The position numbers and the translations under genes are program-made. Positions 1 through 9,020 of a stretch of 64,000 bases of DNA are shown here, piece by piece (the stretch's first letter is position 1; every line of letters starts with the position of its first letter). The stretch is from Candidatus Uhrbacteria bacterium CG10_big_fil_rev_8_21_14_0_10_50_16. Its GTDB lineage: Bacteria; Patescibacteriota; Patescibacteriia; UBA9934; UBA11717. Under the pieces are notes generated by a model that ran no database searches, was not told the origin of the DNA, and saw nothing but the letters and a program-made list of their open reading frames with translations. Location: contig PCYM01000005.1 in NCBI GenBank assembly GCA_002774875.1, positions 1,979 through 65,978 of the forward strand, given 5' to 3'.

Positions 1-255
1 GTGGTGGTCGATTTTTGGGCTCCTTGGTGCGGCCCTTGTAAGATGATGTCGCCTGTTGTGGAGGAGTTAGCGGAGGAGATGGGGAACGTCACTATTGCTA
101 AGGTTAACGTGGATGAGAATCAGGAGGTGAGCATGCAATTCAACGTACTGTCTATTCCAACGTTTATTATTTTTAAAGGCGGACAGGTAGTGGATCAATT
201 TGCCGGTGCCATGGGTAAAGACGCCTTAAAAGCACGTGTTGAAAAGCATTTATAG
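1..255 (+). CDS. trxA: Thioredoxin (5' truncated by window edge)
   Basis: WCGPC active site and SIPT motif; directly upstream of thioredoxin reductase. Confidence 0.95.
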   Translation: MVVDFWAPWCGPCKMMSPVVEELAEEMGNVTIAKVNVDENQEVSMQFNVLSIPTFIIFKGGQVVDQFAGAMGKDALKARVEKHL

Positions 256-256
256 T

Positions 257-1189
257 ATGCGAGAGGTTGTTATTTTAGGATCGGGGCCGGCGGGATTGGC
301 AGCAGCCATCTACGCGGCACGGGCGGACTTAAAACCGCTTGTTGTTTCTGGTCCGCAACCTGGAGGACAACTCACAACCACAACGGAAGTGGAAAATTGG
401 CCGGGCGAACCAGACGGAATCGACGGCACCGCGCTGATCGAAAAGCTCAAAAAACAAGCCGCACGATTTGGCACGGAGTATAAGGAAGGATGGGTGACAC
501 AGGTGGATTTTGCGAGCTCGCCCAAGAAGCTGACGTTTGAAGGCGGGGAGGTGATTGAGACGCGGGCCGTGATTGTGGCCACGGGTGCGTCGGCCATGTA
601 CTTGGGTGTGCCGGGCGAAGAAGAACTTAAGAGTAAGGGCGTGAGTGCGTGTGCTACGTGTGATGGATTTTTCTTTCGCGATAAACAGGTGGTCGTGGTC
701 GGCGGGGGAGACGTGGCTATGGAGGAGGCGATGTTTTTGACCAAGTTTGCAACCTCGGTGACGGTGATTCATAGGCGGGAGACGTTGCGTGCTTCCAAAC
801 CAATGCAGGAACGCGCGTTTGCCAATCCAAAAATAACATTTGAATGGAATACGGAAGTGGTAGAAGTGCTCGGCGTGGATCAGGGGCATATGACTGGCGT
901 GCGAGTTAAAAACAATCAAACGCAAGAGGAGAAGACGATTGAGGCGCAAGGGTATTTTGCGGCCATTGGACACAAGCCAAACACAGATGTGTTTGCGAGT
1001 GCCTTGGAGGTTGATGCAAAAGGCTACGTGGTGCTGCAACCGGGATCAATGCGCACGAGTGTGGAAGGCGTGTTTGCGGCGGGGGACGTGGCGGACCATG
1101 TGTATCGCCAAGCAATCACAGCGGCAGGTACGGGGTGTGCGGCAGCGTTGGATGCCGAGCGCTGGCTAAGTGAACAGGTGCCATCTTAG
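257..1189 (+). CDS. trxB: Thioredoxin-disulfide reductase
   Basis: GSGPAG FAD motif, CATC redox motif, GGGDVA NADPH motif; ATG at 257. Confidence 0.96.
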   Translation: MREVVILGSGPAGLAAAIYAARADLKPLVVSGPQPGGQLTTTTEVENWPGEPDGIDGTALIEKLKKQAARFGTEYKEGWVTQVDFASSPKKLTFEGGEVIETRAVIVATGASAMYLGVPGEEELKSKGVSACATCDGFFFRDKQVVVVGGGDVAMEEAMFLTKFATSVTVIHRRETLRASKPMQERAFANPKITFEWNTEVVEVLGVDQGHMTGVRVKNNQTQEEKTIEAQGYFAAIGHKPNTDVFASALEVDAKGYVVLQPGSMRTSVEGVFAAGDVADHVYRQAITAAGTGCAAALDAERWLSEQVPS

Positions 1190-1202
1190 AGAGAAAAAGT
1201 TG

Positions 1203-1235
1203 AGCCCCCGCTACCTGAGACGGTGCGGGGGCTTT
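1203..1235. terminator. GC-rich hairpin between convergent genes
   Basis: AGCCCCCGC-TACCTGAGACGGT-GCGGGGGCT, flanked by an A-tract on the left and TTT on the right. Confidence 0.7.
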
Positions 1236-1248
1236 GTTGTTGAGGCCG

Positions 1249-2160
1249 TCAGGCGTTCTGCCTGCGGTTGTGGGCGATAGCTTTGTTGATCTCTTCCTCT
1301 GCCGCGCGGACATCAGGGTCTGCTTCGGTGCTCGGCGGGATGATCCCGCCTACGATACCCGTGGCACGCGCGATCAGACCATTGTAGGTCTGCATGAGCT
1401 CTTGGAGTTGTTGTTGAGCGAGCGCGGCCTCCGATCTCGGTGCGGTTCGGATCACGTGCACGTCGTCCGACGTCTCGTTGAGGAGCTGGAGTACCACGCG
1501 GATCAGATCCCAGGCTTCATTGAGTCGAACCTGCAGGGTCTGAACAGCAGCGCCTCGATTGTTTATGTCGAGGTCTGTTGGCGCGGAGGTCTTGCTGGAA
1601 CGCAAGCGCTTCTTCTCTGCGCGGATGCTCTTGGTGAGGTTGTCTACGCGCTCAAAGAGCCGGCCTAAGTACGACGGCGTTGCACCGTTCGTGTCGCCCA
1701 GCAAGTTGACGAGACAGAGTAGCTCCGAGAGCAACGGGTTGTTGCCCGCCGCTTGCCTAATGTACAGCAAGGCTTGATCCGCTTGGCGTCGTTGCGATCG
1801 TACGCTCACCAACTTCTTTTGTACTCGGCGATCGACTCCTTCACGTTGCCGTTGTTCACGTGCAACTCGTCGAGCGACTGCCGTACTGCTCCTCCACTCC
1901 GCGAACCAGCCTGCCGGAAAGCCAAACAGCTCGGCGTAGAGGAAGGTGGCCATCGGTTCAATTACCGGGACGTTGTAGGAGAACGATCCGTCGAAATAGG
2001 TGCCCACAACACAGACCCAAAGGGCGAGTGTGCAGAGACCAATGGTTGTGATGAAGATGGCGTCTGCTGCGTCGGCCGTTCCTTGACGAACCCTGTATGC
2101 CATTGCGCCTAAAAAGACGGAGATGGTGTAGCTGCACATCAACAGGACAAAAAACCACAT
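1249..2160 (-). CDS. Hypothetical membrane protein with 2-3 N-terminal TM helices and a C-terminal coiled coil
   Basis: 303-aa ORF; GGAGG SD upstream; TTGACA-N17-TATGTT promoter at 2226-2198 (-). Confidence 0.7.
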   Translation of the reverse strand: MWFFVLLMCSYTISVFLGAMAYRVRQGTADAADAIFITTIGLCTLALWVCVVGTYFDGSFSYNVPVIEPMATFLYAELFGFPAGWFAEWRSSTAVARRVAREQRQREGVDRRVQKKLVSVRSQRRQADQALLYIRQAAGNNPLLSELLCLVNLLGDTNGATPSYLGRLFERVDNLTKSIRAEKKRLRSSKTSAPTDLDINNRGAAVQTLQVRLNEAWDLIRVVLQLLNETSDDVHVIRTAPRSEAALAQQQLQELMQTYNGLIARATGIVGGIIPPSTEADPDVRAAEEEINKAIAHNRRQNA

Positions 2161-2241
2161 GAGCGATTCCTCCCTTCAAAGATTTGATTCCGTGTTGAAC
2201 ATAACCGAATTGGTCTTTGGTGTCAATGGATGCTCGCGGTG

Positions 2242-2360
2242 GTGCAAAAATAAGGGACTCGGCAGGCCACGCCACTCTGCGCGCATTCGCACTCAGAAGA
2301 CAGCTTGTCAGAGATAAGGTCTTGTAAGCATGGCGCCGACTTGTCCCTTATTTTTTGCAC
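2242..2360. repeat. ~17-bp inverted repeat pair (MITE-like)
   Basis: GTGCAAAAATAAGGGAC at 2242 and GTCCCTTATTTTTTGCAC ending at 2360. Confidence 0.55.
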
Positions 2361-2389
2361 AACTCCTCGCTCCTGCATTACCTGAAGTG

Positions 2390-2589
2390 CTTCGTCGATA
2401 GCACTTATCTTCAAACACATGCGTTTTGAGAATACTCGTAAACTCGTATTTCAAAACACACGTGTTCTCGGGGACGAAGGCTGAAGTTCTAGATTTCTTC
2501 GTCGAGGAGGCTTATCTTCAAACACATGCGTTTTGAGAATACTCGTAAACTCGTATTTCAAAACACACGTGTTCTCGGGGACGAAGGCT
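2390..2589. repeat. Tandem palindromic repeat, two copies with 107-bp period
   Basis: 79 bp identical at 2404-2482 and 2511-2589; each unit is an imperfect hairpin closed by CTTCGTC/GACGAAG. Confidence 0.92.
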
Positions 2590-2669
2590 AGACCTTGATC
2601 AGATCAAGATCGGATGAGATCAGAGGTTAGCTGAATTGATTCGATTCAGTTTGATGGGAATCCTGGTTT

Positions 2670-2707
2670 ACCCCCCTCCTCACTGAGTAGGGGAATGAGG
2701 GGAGGTG
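2670..2707. repeat. REP-like short palindrome with G-rich tail
   Basis: ACCCCCCTCCTCACTGAGTAGGGGAATGAGGGGAGG resembles 53004-53036. Confidence 0.45.
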
Positions 2708-2840
2708 TGATCTTGTGTGTCTGTTGGATCGAGAAAAGGTTCAAAATACTTTTGATTGTCGTTCGTCTTGAGCAAACCTAGGGAAATTGCTAGAGTACGC
2801 GGTATAAAACCTCCCGTTGGCAACATTTCTTATACTTCCT

Positions 2841-5800
2841 ATGAAATACAATCACAAAGATATTGACGCAAAATGGCAGAAGCGATGGATGAGTGAGGGC
2901 GTGTTTACTATGGACGATGCGTCGGAGAAGGAAAAGTTTTACTGCTTGGTGGAGTTTCCTTATCCCTCTGGTGCGGGTCTGCACATGGGTCACCCGCGCA
3001 GTTACACCGCGCTCGATGTGTTGTCGCGCAAGCGTCGTATGGAGGGGTACAACGTGCTTTACCCAATCGGTTGGGACGCGTTTGGTCTGCCAACGGAGAA
3101 CTACGCCATCAAAACAGGTCGTAAGCCGCAAGAAGTAACGACGGAGAACATCAACACGTTTAGACGACAGTTGCAGTCGCTTGGAATCTCTTTTGATTGG
3201 TCGCGAGAGGTCAATACCACGGACCCGGCGTATTACAAGTGGACGCAGTGGATGTTTTTGGAATTTTTTAAGGCGGGGATGGCGTACAAAAAAGCCATGG
3301 CGATTAACTGGTGTGTGCGTTGTAAAATTGGTCTTGCAAACGAGGAGGTTGTAAACGGCGTATGCGAACGCTGTGGCGGCGAAGTTGAAAAACGTGATAA
3401 AGAGCAATGGATGATTGCCATAACCCGGTATGCAGACCGGCTGATTGATGATTTGAAGACCGTGGATTATTTGCCAAAGATTGCCAAGCAACAAGAAGAC
3501 TGGATTGGCAGGTCCGAGGGTGCCGAGGTGACGTTTGCATTAGAGGGAGATGTGAGTGAATATAATTTTTTGGGTCTTCATGCGTTTTGTGATGATTCGA
3601 CATCCGCTTTTTGGCCCTGGTTGCAAAAAGAACTCTCAACTCGCGGAGGGACGCTGACGGTGTTAGATTTGCCAAATTCAAGCGAGCCAACTATTGCCAA
3701 ACAGGTGCAGTACATAAGGGAGAACTATACCTTTAATGAAAAGACGATCATTCTTACGCACTCGCTTGGGGGGGTTGCGGCAATGAAGTTACTTCCAGAA
3801 TTAGATCAATCTATTAAGAAGTTAATTCTCATTGCACCGCCCACCAATCCATCTCGGTTTATGGATAAAAAGCCTCGACCGGCGTTAGACGCTTGTTGCG
3901 ATTGGTCGTTTGATTATCAGGCTATTAAAGATAAAGCGGGATCAATTATTGTTATTGCCGATGAGCAAGATCACATTGTTCCTTTGTCACAACCAAAACA
4001 GCTTGCAGATCAGTTGCACGCAGAATTTTTCATCTTCAAATCAAACACGCCTCATTTTAATGCTGTTGAGGAGCCGGTTGTACTACGTTCGATTTTGCCA
4101 CACGTAACTGTCTTCACTACGAGGCCGGATACGCTATTTGGGGCGACGTATGTGGTGTTGGCGCCGGAGCATCCGTTGATTGCAGAACTTGCGAATAGGA
4201 TTCAAAACAAAAAAGATGTGGAAGCGTATCAACAAGTCACAAAAGAAAAGACAGAGATAGAACGTGGAGATGCGACCAAGGAAAAAACAGGCGTGATGTT
4301 GAAGGGTGTGCAGGTGATTCATCCTGTCACAGGTGAAGTATTGCCCGTGTGGGTCGCAGATTACGTGCTAATGAGTTATGGCACGGGGGCGATTATGGCT
4401 GTGCCTGCACACGATGTACGTGATTATCAATTTGCAAAAACATATGGTTTGCCAATTCATCAAGTTATAGAAGCACCGATCGTTTCTGTTCCAAGTGGTA
4501 TTGTGCATCAAACAGCAGGGCAACTTACAGAACCGATTGTTGTTGATGTCGCCTGTTATACGGGGGAAGGTGTATGTGTCAACTCAGACTTTTTGAATGG
4601 GTTGGAAATTGAGGCGGCAAAAGCAAAAATGATTGAATGGTTAGAGAAGGAGGGGAAGGGCGTGCGGAAGATTAACTATCGATTGCGCGACTGGGTGTTT
4701 AGTCGCCAGCGATATTGGGGTGAGCCGATTCCATTGGTGCATTGTGATACCTGTTCGCCGGAGACGGATGGATGGGTGGCGGTGCCGATTGAACAACTGC
4801 CTGTTACGTTACCGGATGTAGAGAAATATGAGCCGACGGATAGTGGAGAATCACCTTTGGCAACGATCACGGATTGGGTCAACACCACGTGTCCGGAATG
4901 TGGCGGTCCTGCAACACGCGAGACAGACACCATGCCAAACTGGGCGGGAAGCAGTTGGTACTTTTTGCGCTACGTCGATGCCCATAATCCGGATGCCTTT
5001 GCCGATCCACAAAAACTCAAAAGATGGATGCCTGTTGATTGGTATAATGGTGGTATGGAGCACACGACGTTGCACTTGTTATATTCGCGTTTTTGGAACA
5101 AATTTTTGTTCGATCGCGGACACGTGCCAACGTCCGAGCCGTACGCAAAACGCACAAGCCATGGATTGATCCTCGCCGAAGATGGAACCAAGATGAGCAA
5201 GTCAAAAGGCAATGTGGTGAATCCGGATGAACTCGTGGAGCAATTCGGCGCAGATGCGTTGCGATTGTTGGAGTTGTTTATTGGACCGTTTGCAGAGCCG
5301 GCGCCCTACAGCCACGCGGGGATGGTGGGAACCCGACGGTTTTTGGAGAAGGTAATGGATCTACCGGGCAAGGTTGTCGAGACGGAATCGGAGGAGGTGA
5401 CGCGCGCGTTACATCAACTCATTCAAAAAGTTGGTGAGGATATTGAGACACAGGGGTACAACACGGCCGTGAGTGCGTTGATGATTTTTGTGAATGCCGT
5501 TGGTGACGGTGGAGGGCTCACAAGGCAGACGTTGCAAGCGTTTGCGTGTGTGTTATCGCCGTTTGCGCCGCATATTGCCGAGGAAGTGTGGAGCCAGGTG
5601 GGGGATGGGTTGGCGATGCAACAACCATGGCCGGCGTTTGATGCGGAACTGGCAAAAGACGTCGTGGTAACGTTGGGCGTGCAGGTGAATGGCAAAGTGC
5701 GCGGGCAGGTGACGTTGGCCGTGGATGCAACGGAGGCGCAGGCGCGTGCGGCGGCCGAGGCGGATGAACATGTACAAACCTATTTGCAGGGAAAGACGGT

Positions 5801-5852
5801 TAAGAAGTTTGTGTATGTACCTGGACGCATTGTGAGCTTTGTGGTGGTATAG
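2841..5852 (+). CDS. leuS: Leucine--tRNA ligase with in-frame alpha/beta hydrolase insertion
   Basis: FPYPSGAGLHMGH, TTRPDT, GTGAIMAVPAHD, RDWVFSRQRYWG and KMSKS motifs; ATG at 2841. Confidence 0.96.
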   Translation: MKYNHKDIDAKWQKRWMSEGVFTMDDASEKEKFYCLVEFPYPSGAGLHMGHPRSYTALDVLSRKRRMEGYNVLYPIGWDAFGLPTENYAIKTGRKPQEVTTENINTFRRQLQSLGISFDWSREVNTTDPAYYKWTQWMFLEFFKAGMAYKKAMAINWCVRCKIGLANEEVVNGVCERCGGEVEKRDKEQWMIAITRYADRLIDDLKTVDYLPKIAKQQEDWIGRSEGAEVTFALEGDVSEYNFLGLHAFCDDSTSAFWPWLQKELSTRGGTLTVLDLPNSSEPTIAKQVQYIRENYTFNEKTIILTHSLGGVAAMKLLPELDQSIKKLILIAPPTNPSRFMDKKPRPALDACCDWSFDYQAIKDKAGSIIVIADEQDHIVPLSQPKQLADQLHAEFFIFKSNTPHFNAVEEPVVLRSILPHVTVFTTRPDTLFGATYVVLAPEHPLIAELANRIQNKKDVEAYQQVTKEKTEIERGDATKEKTGVMLKGVQVIHPVTGEVLPVWVADYVLMSYGTGAIMAVPAHDVRDYQFAKTYGLPIHQVIEAPIVSVPSGIVHQTAGQLTEPIVVDVACYTGEGVCVNSDFLNGLEIEAAKAKMIEWLEKEGKGVRKINYRLRDWVFSRQRYWGEPIPLVHCDTCSPETDGWVAVPIEQLPVTLPDVEKYEPTDSGESPLATITDWVNTTCPECGGPATRETDTMPNWAGSSWYFLRYVDAHNPDAFADPQKLKRWMPVDWYNGGMEHTTLHLLYSRFWNKFLFDRGHVPTSEPYAKRTSHGLILAEDGTKMSKSKGNVVNPDELVEQFGADALRLLELFIGPFAEPAPYSHAGMVGTRRFLEKVMDLPGKVVETESEEVTRALHQLIQKVGEDIETQGYNTAVSALMIFVNAVGDGGGLTRQTLQAFACVLSPFAPHIAEEVWSQVGDGLAMQQPWPAFDAELAKDVVVTLGVQVNGKVRGQVTLAVDATEAQARAAAEADEHVQTYLQGKTVKKFVYVPGRIVSFVVV

Positions 5853-5858
5853 CTCGCG

Positions 5859-5867
5859 TTATCCACA
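5859..5867 (+). promoter_or_regulatory. Consensus DnaA box
   Basis: TTATCCACA, a single copy just after the leuS stop. Confidence 0.35.
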
Positions 5868-6114
5868 CTTGCAAAATTTTATAGGGTTGTTATAGTTGCC
5901 TCAGTTCCGATTAGAAGTGAACCACAAAAACCTCCCCCTTGGGGGTGTTTTTGTTTATTTGTAAAAACGGGGTTTGGTAACAATAAGCAAGATCATCTCG
6001 TGAGCATAATCGAGAGCTCTCTCCGCGTGTCCCCTCGGCGAAACAAAAGGAGGGAGAAAAGAGTAGAGAGATGTTTGTAATCTTGTAATTCAATTTAGAC
6101 TCAAACAAAAACTC

Positions 6115-7326
6115 ATGACAAAATCCGCGGTGTTCCAATGCTTTCTTGTATTGTGGATCTTCTCTGTGTTTGTGCAACAGCTTGTGTTTCGCGATGTGTG
6201 GCCAGACGTTCCGGCAGGCGACATACATCTTGTTGGGGTTGTGCGCGAACAGGTGGATCAAAAAGGACTCATGCAACGTGTGCGTGTGTTGGTCGATTCA
6301 ATCCCCGGTTTTGTACAGTTAGAAATTGGTCCGTATCCTGTGTTGCAAGTGGGGGATAGGGTTAAAACTGATTGCACGCTCACACCGATTCGTGATCTGA
6401 ACTCTGAGGAGTTTCGCTATGATCGCTATCTTGCAAAGGAACAGGTGTATGTGGTCTGCACAGGTTACGGCTCGCCGCAAGTGATCGGGGTGGAAACGGG
6501 CTGGCGGCAATCCTTGGATCGGTGGCGTCAAGCGTTTGCAGGCGTGATTCAACAACATCTCCAAGAGCCTCACGCAAGCTTGTTGATCGGATTGTTGTAT
6601 GGCGCGCGATCCACGTTGCCGACAGATCTTGTGGACGCGTTCAGACGAACAGGTACCATGCATATTGTGGCGGTGTCGGGATTTAACGTTACAGTGGTTG
6701 CTAACGCGATTTTATTGTTGCTAACGACGACATTTTTACGACGACAGCGTGCGTATTATTGTGTGCTCGCAGGGATTGGCCTCTTCGTTTTGTTTGCGGG
6801 TGCCGATGCGGCGGTGGTGCGCGCGGGAATTATGGGCGCGCTCGTGTTGACGGCAAAACAAATCGGACGGCCACGCGTAACGGTGACACTTTTTTTGATG
6901 GCCGCAAGCGTCATGCTGGCAATTAATCCTCGCATGTTGTTGGATGACGTAGGATTTCAACTTTCCTTTGCCGCCGCAATTGGATTGGTTACGCTTGGCC
7001 CTGTGTTTCAATGTTGGTTTGTATTTTTGCCAAAACGCTGGCAAATACGCTCCATTTTGTCCGAGACGCTCGCGGCCACCATTGCTACAATGCCCATCTC
7101 ACTCTTACAGTTTAAGACGGTTTCACTGATTTCGCCGATTGCAAATCTGTTTGTGATCCCGTGGATTGTCCTTGCTATGTCGCTTGGAATGGCGGGGGCG
7201 GTGGTGTCGATGGTTGCCCCCAGCAGTGGCACGATTGCGTTTTTTCCCGTAGCCGTAATTTTAGAAATCATGCTCACCTTTGTGCGCGTATTTGCGCCAC
7301 TTCCAATTATCGATCTCGCTCTATGA
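6115..7326 (+). CDS. comEC: ComEC/Rec2 competence protein, membrane domain
   Basis: GTMHIVAVSGFN, RAGIM and GFQLSF motifs; many TM segments. Confidence 0.92.
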   Translation: MTKSAVFQCFLVLWIFSVFVQQLVFRDVWPDVPAGDIHLVGVVREQVDQKGLMQRVRVLVDSIPGFVQLEIGPYPVLQVGDRVKTDCTLTPIRDLNSEEFRYDRYLAKEQVYVVCTGYGSPQVIGVETGWRQSLDRWRQAFAGVIQQHLQEPHASLLIGLLYGARSTLPTDLVDAFRRTGTMHIVAVSGFNVTVVANAILLLLTTTFLRRQRAYYCVLAGIGLFVLFAGADAAVVRAGIMGALVLTAKQIGRPRVTVTLFLMAASVMLAINPRMLLDDVGFQLSFAAAIGLVTLGPVFQCWFVFLPKRWQIRSILSETLAATIATMPISLLQFKTVSLISPIANLFVIPWIVLAMSLGMAGAVVSMVAPSSGTIAFFPVAVILEIMLTFVRVFAPLPIIDLAL

Positions 7327-8234
7327 AACATATTCGCCTTCTCTGGATCATTACAGGTGTTGTGGTTGTTACCTCGGTTTTATTTGGATGGTTGGTGTGG
7401 CAACAGGCTTATGATCAATTACAATCGGCGCAACCGGACCTCACGGTATCCGTGTTTGACGTTGGTCAAGGTGATAGCGCCTTTGTGGAATGGGCAGACG
7501 GCACCCAGATGCTGATTGATGGTGGTGTTGACGGAACCGTGTTGAATCGATTGGGTGAGGTTATGTTGCCGTGGGACCGCTCCATTGACTATGTGGTGGC
7601 AACACATCCTCATGCGGATCATGTTGGTGGATTGATTTCCGTATTGGATCGGTATCAGGTTGCACATGTTGTGTTGAATAAACAGGTCTACGATTCGTCA
7701 GTAGCCGATGCATTTTTAGACGCGGTCATCAACGAAGGTGCGGACATGATTGATCCTAAAAATCTTGATCTGCAAGGGGCACGCGTCCTGTATCCAACAG
7801 ATAATATTCCACTCCTACAGACAGACGATCCAAATGAAACCTCGATCGTGCTTGAGATTGATGAGGCAAATCAGCATGTTTTGCTTACAGGAGATATTGG
7901 AGAACAGGTGGAGGAGCAACTTGTTCAGGCAGGGGTATTGGATGACGTGGACGTGTTGAAGGTCGGTCATCACGGAAGTAAGTATTCTTCGTCGCGCGCG
8001 TTTTTAGAAGCAATTCAACCAGAGGTGGCACTTGTGTCAGCGGGGAAGGACAACGCGTACCATCATCCGCATCCAAGCGCTCTTCAACGGCTCATAAACA
8101 TCGGAGCCGAGACCTATCGAACGGATCAAGATGGCACGGTCACCATTCGCTTTTTTAAAGACACCTACCAGCTCTTTACGGGAAACCCACGCTGGACATG
8201 GGCGCGTTGGAGTGCTATGCTCAGCGCAAATTGA
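7323..8234 (+). CDS. ComEC-associated MBL-fold metallo-hydrolase
   Basis: DVGQGD, THPHADHVGG, KVGHHGS and HPHP motifs; ATGA overlap with comEC. Confidence 0.9.
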   Translation: MKHIRLLWIITGVVVVTSVLFGWLVWQQAYDQLQSAQPDLTVSVFDVGQGDSAFVEWADGTQMLIDGGVDGTVLNRLGEVMLPWDRSIDYVVATHPHADHVGGLISVLDRYQVAHVVLNKQVYDSSVADAFLDAVINEGADMIDPKNLDLQGARVLYPTDNIPLLQTDDPNETSIVLEIDEANQHVLLTGDIGEQVEEQLVQAGVLDDVDVLKVGHHGSKYSSSRAFLEAIQPEVALVSAGKDNAYHHPHPSALQRLINIGAETYRTDQDGTVTIRFFKDTYQLFTGNPRWTWARWSAMLSAN

Positions 8235-8251
8235 CCATAATACACACGTTT

Positions 8252-8710
8252 ATGTCTATCGAACGCACAGTGGTGTTACTCAAACCAGACGCGCTACAAC
8301 GCGATCTCTTGGGCCAAATCATTACACGCTTTGAACGCAAGGGATTAAAGCTCGTCGGTCTTAAACTTGCGCAGCCATCTGGCGATGTGTGGGATGAGCA
8401 TTATTCTCATCATGTTGAAAAGCCGTTTTACCCGGGACTTAAAGCCTTTATGATGCATGGACCATTGGTCGCGATTGCATTGGAGGGAATCGGAGCGATC
8501 GACGAAGTGCGAAAAATCGTTGGAGCCACCAATCCTCAAGAGGCAGATGCAGGGACCATTCGAGCAGACTTTGCCATGAGTATTGGAGCAAACTTGGTGC
8601 ATGCATCAGATGGAGCTGAGACGGCGGCAAATGAGCTTAAACGGTTCTTTAGTGAGGGAGAGTTGTTTACCTACGAGAAGATTTCCGATCAGTACATTGT
8701 TGCGGATTAA
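8252..8710 (+). CDS. ndk: Nucleoside-diphosphate kinase
   Basis: KPDA, GTIRADF and NLVHASD motifs. Confidence 0.96.
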   Translation: MSIERTVVLLKPDALQRDLLGQIITRFERKGLKLVGLKLAQPSGDVWDEHYSHHVEKPFYPGLKAFMMHGPLVAIALEGIGAIDEVRKIVGATNPQEADAGTIRADFAMSIGANLVHASDGAETAANELKRFFSEGELFTYEKISDQYIVAD

Positions 8711-8716
8711 TCACAG

Positions 8717-8746
8717 AACCCTGCGCTGTTGTGGCGCGGGGTTTTT
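8717..8746 (+). terminator. Intrinsic terminator after ndk
   Basis: AACCCTGCGC...GCGCGGGGTT followed by TTT. Confidence 0.7.
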
Positions 8747-8783
8747 GGTTGCTTGGTGGTGGAATTTTTGGTAGAATAAAAAA

Positions 8784-8938
8784 GCCTTACATTGGAGGGC
8801 TTTGTGAAATTCATGAGCGCGTAGAGAAGACGCGTGTGGTGTACTTCTCTGGGTGCAATGACAGATCTGTTTCTCATGAAAACCACTCCAGCTCGTCTGC
8901 GTTCTACATATCGTAGAGTGCGGGGGCCAATGTGGGGC
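8784..8938 (+). ncRNA. Candidate structured ncRNA, family unassigned
   Basis: TTGCTT-N17-TAGAAT promoter (8749-8777); 12-bp closing stem 8784-8795/8927-8938; nested helices; downstream hairpin and T-tract. Confidence 0.55.
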
Positions 8939-9020
8939 TCCAAAACATCGAGACATCGCGGTCGCTATCGCGGTGTTTTGCTTTTTGACGTTTGAGAAGT
9001 CGTGTTATACTCGCAGAACT

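Noticed and set aside
1198-1245. Integron attC site
   Set aside because: A GTTGAGC is present, but there is no properly paired RYYYAAC/GTTRRRY core, no cassette array and no integrase.
2390-2589. CRISPR array
   Set aside because: Only two copies, the 79-bp unit is too long for a CRISPR repeat, the 'spacer' partly belongs to the palindrome, and no cas genes are present in the window.
3549-4103. Intein or intron in leuS
   Set aside because: No N-terminal Cys/Ser or C-terminal His-Asn splice motifs and no homing endonuclease motifs; the frame is open and the motifs are hydrolase-like.
8784-8938. tmRNA, RNase P or SRP RNA
   Set aside because: No tRNA-like ends or tag ORF, no GAGGAAAGTCC, and no SRP helix-8 CAGG..GGAA..AGCAG motif.
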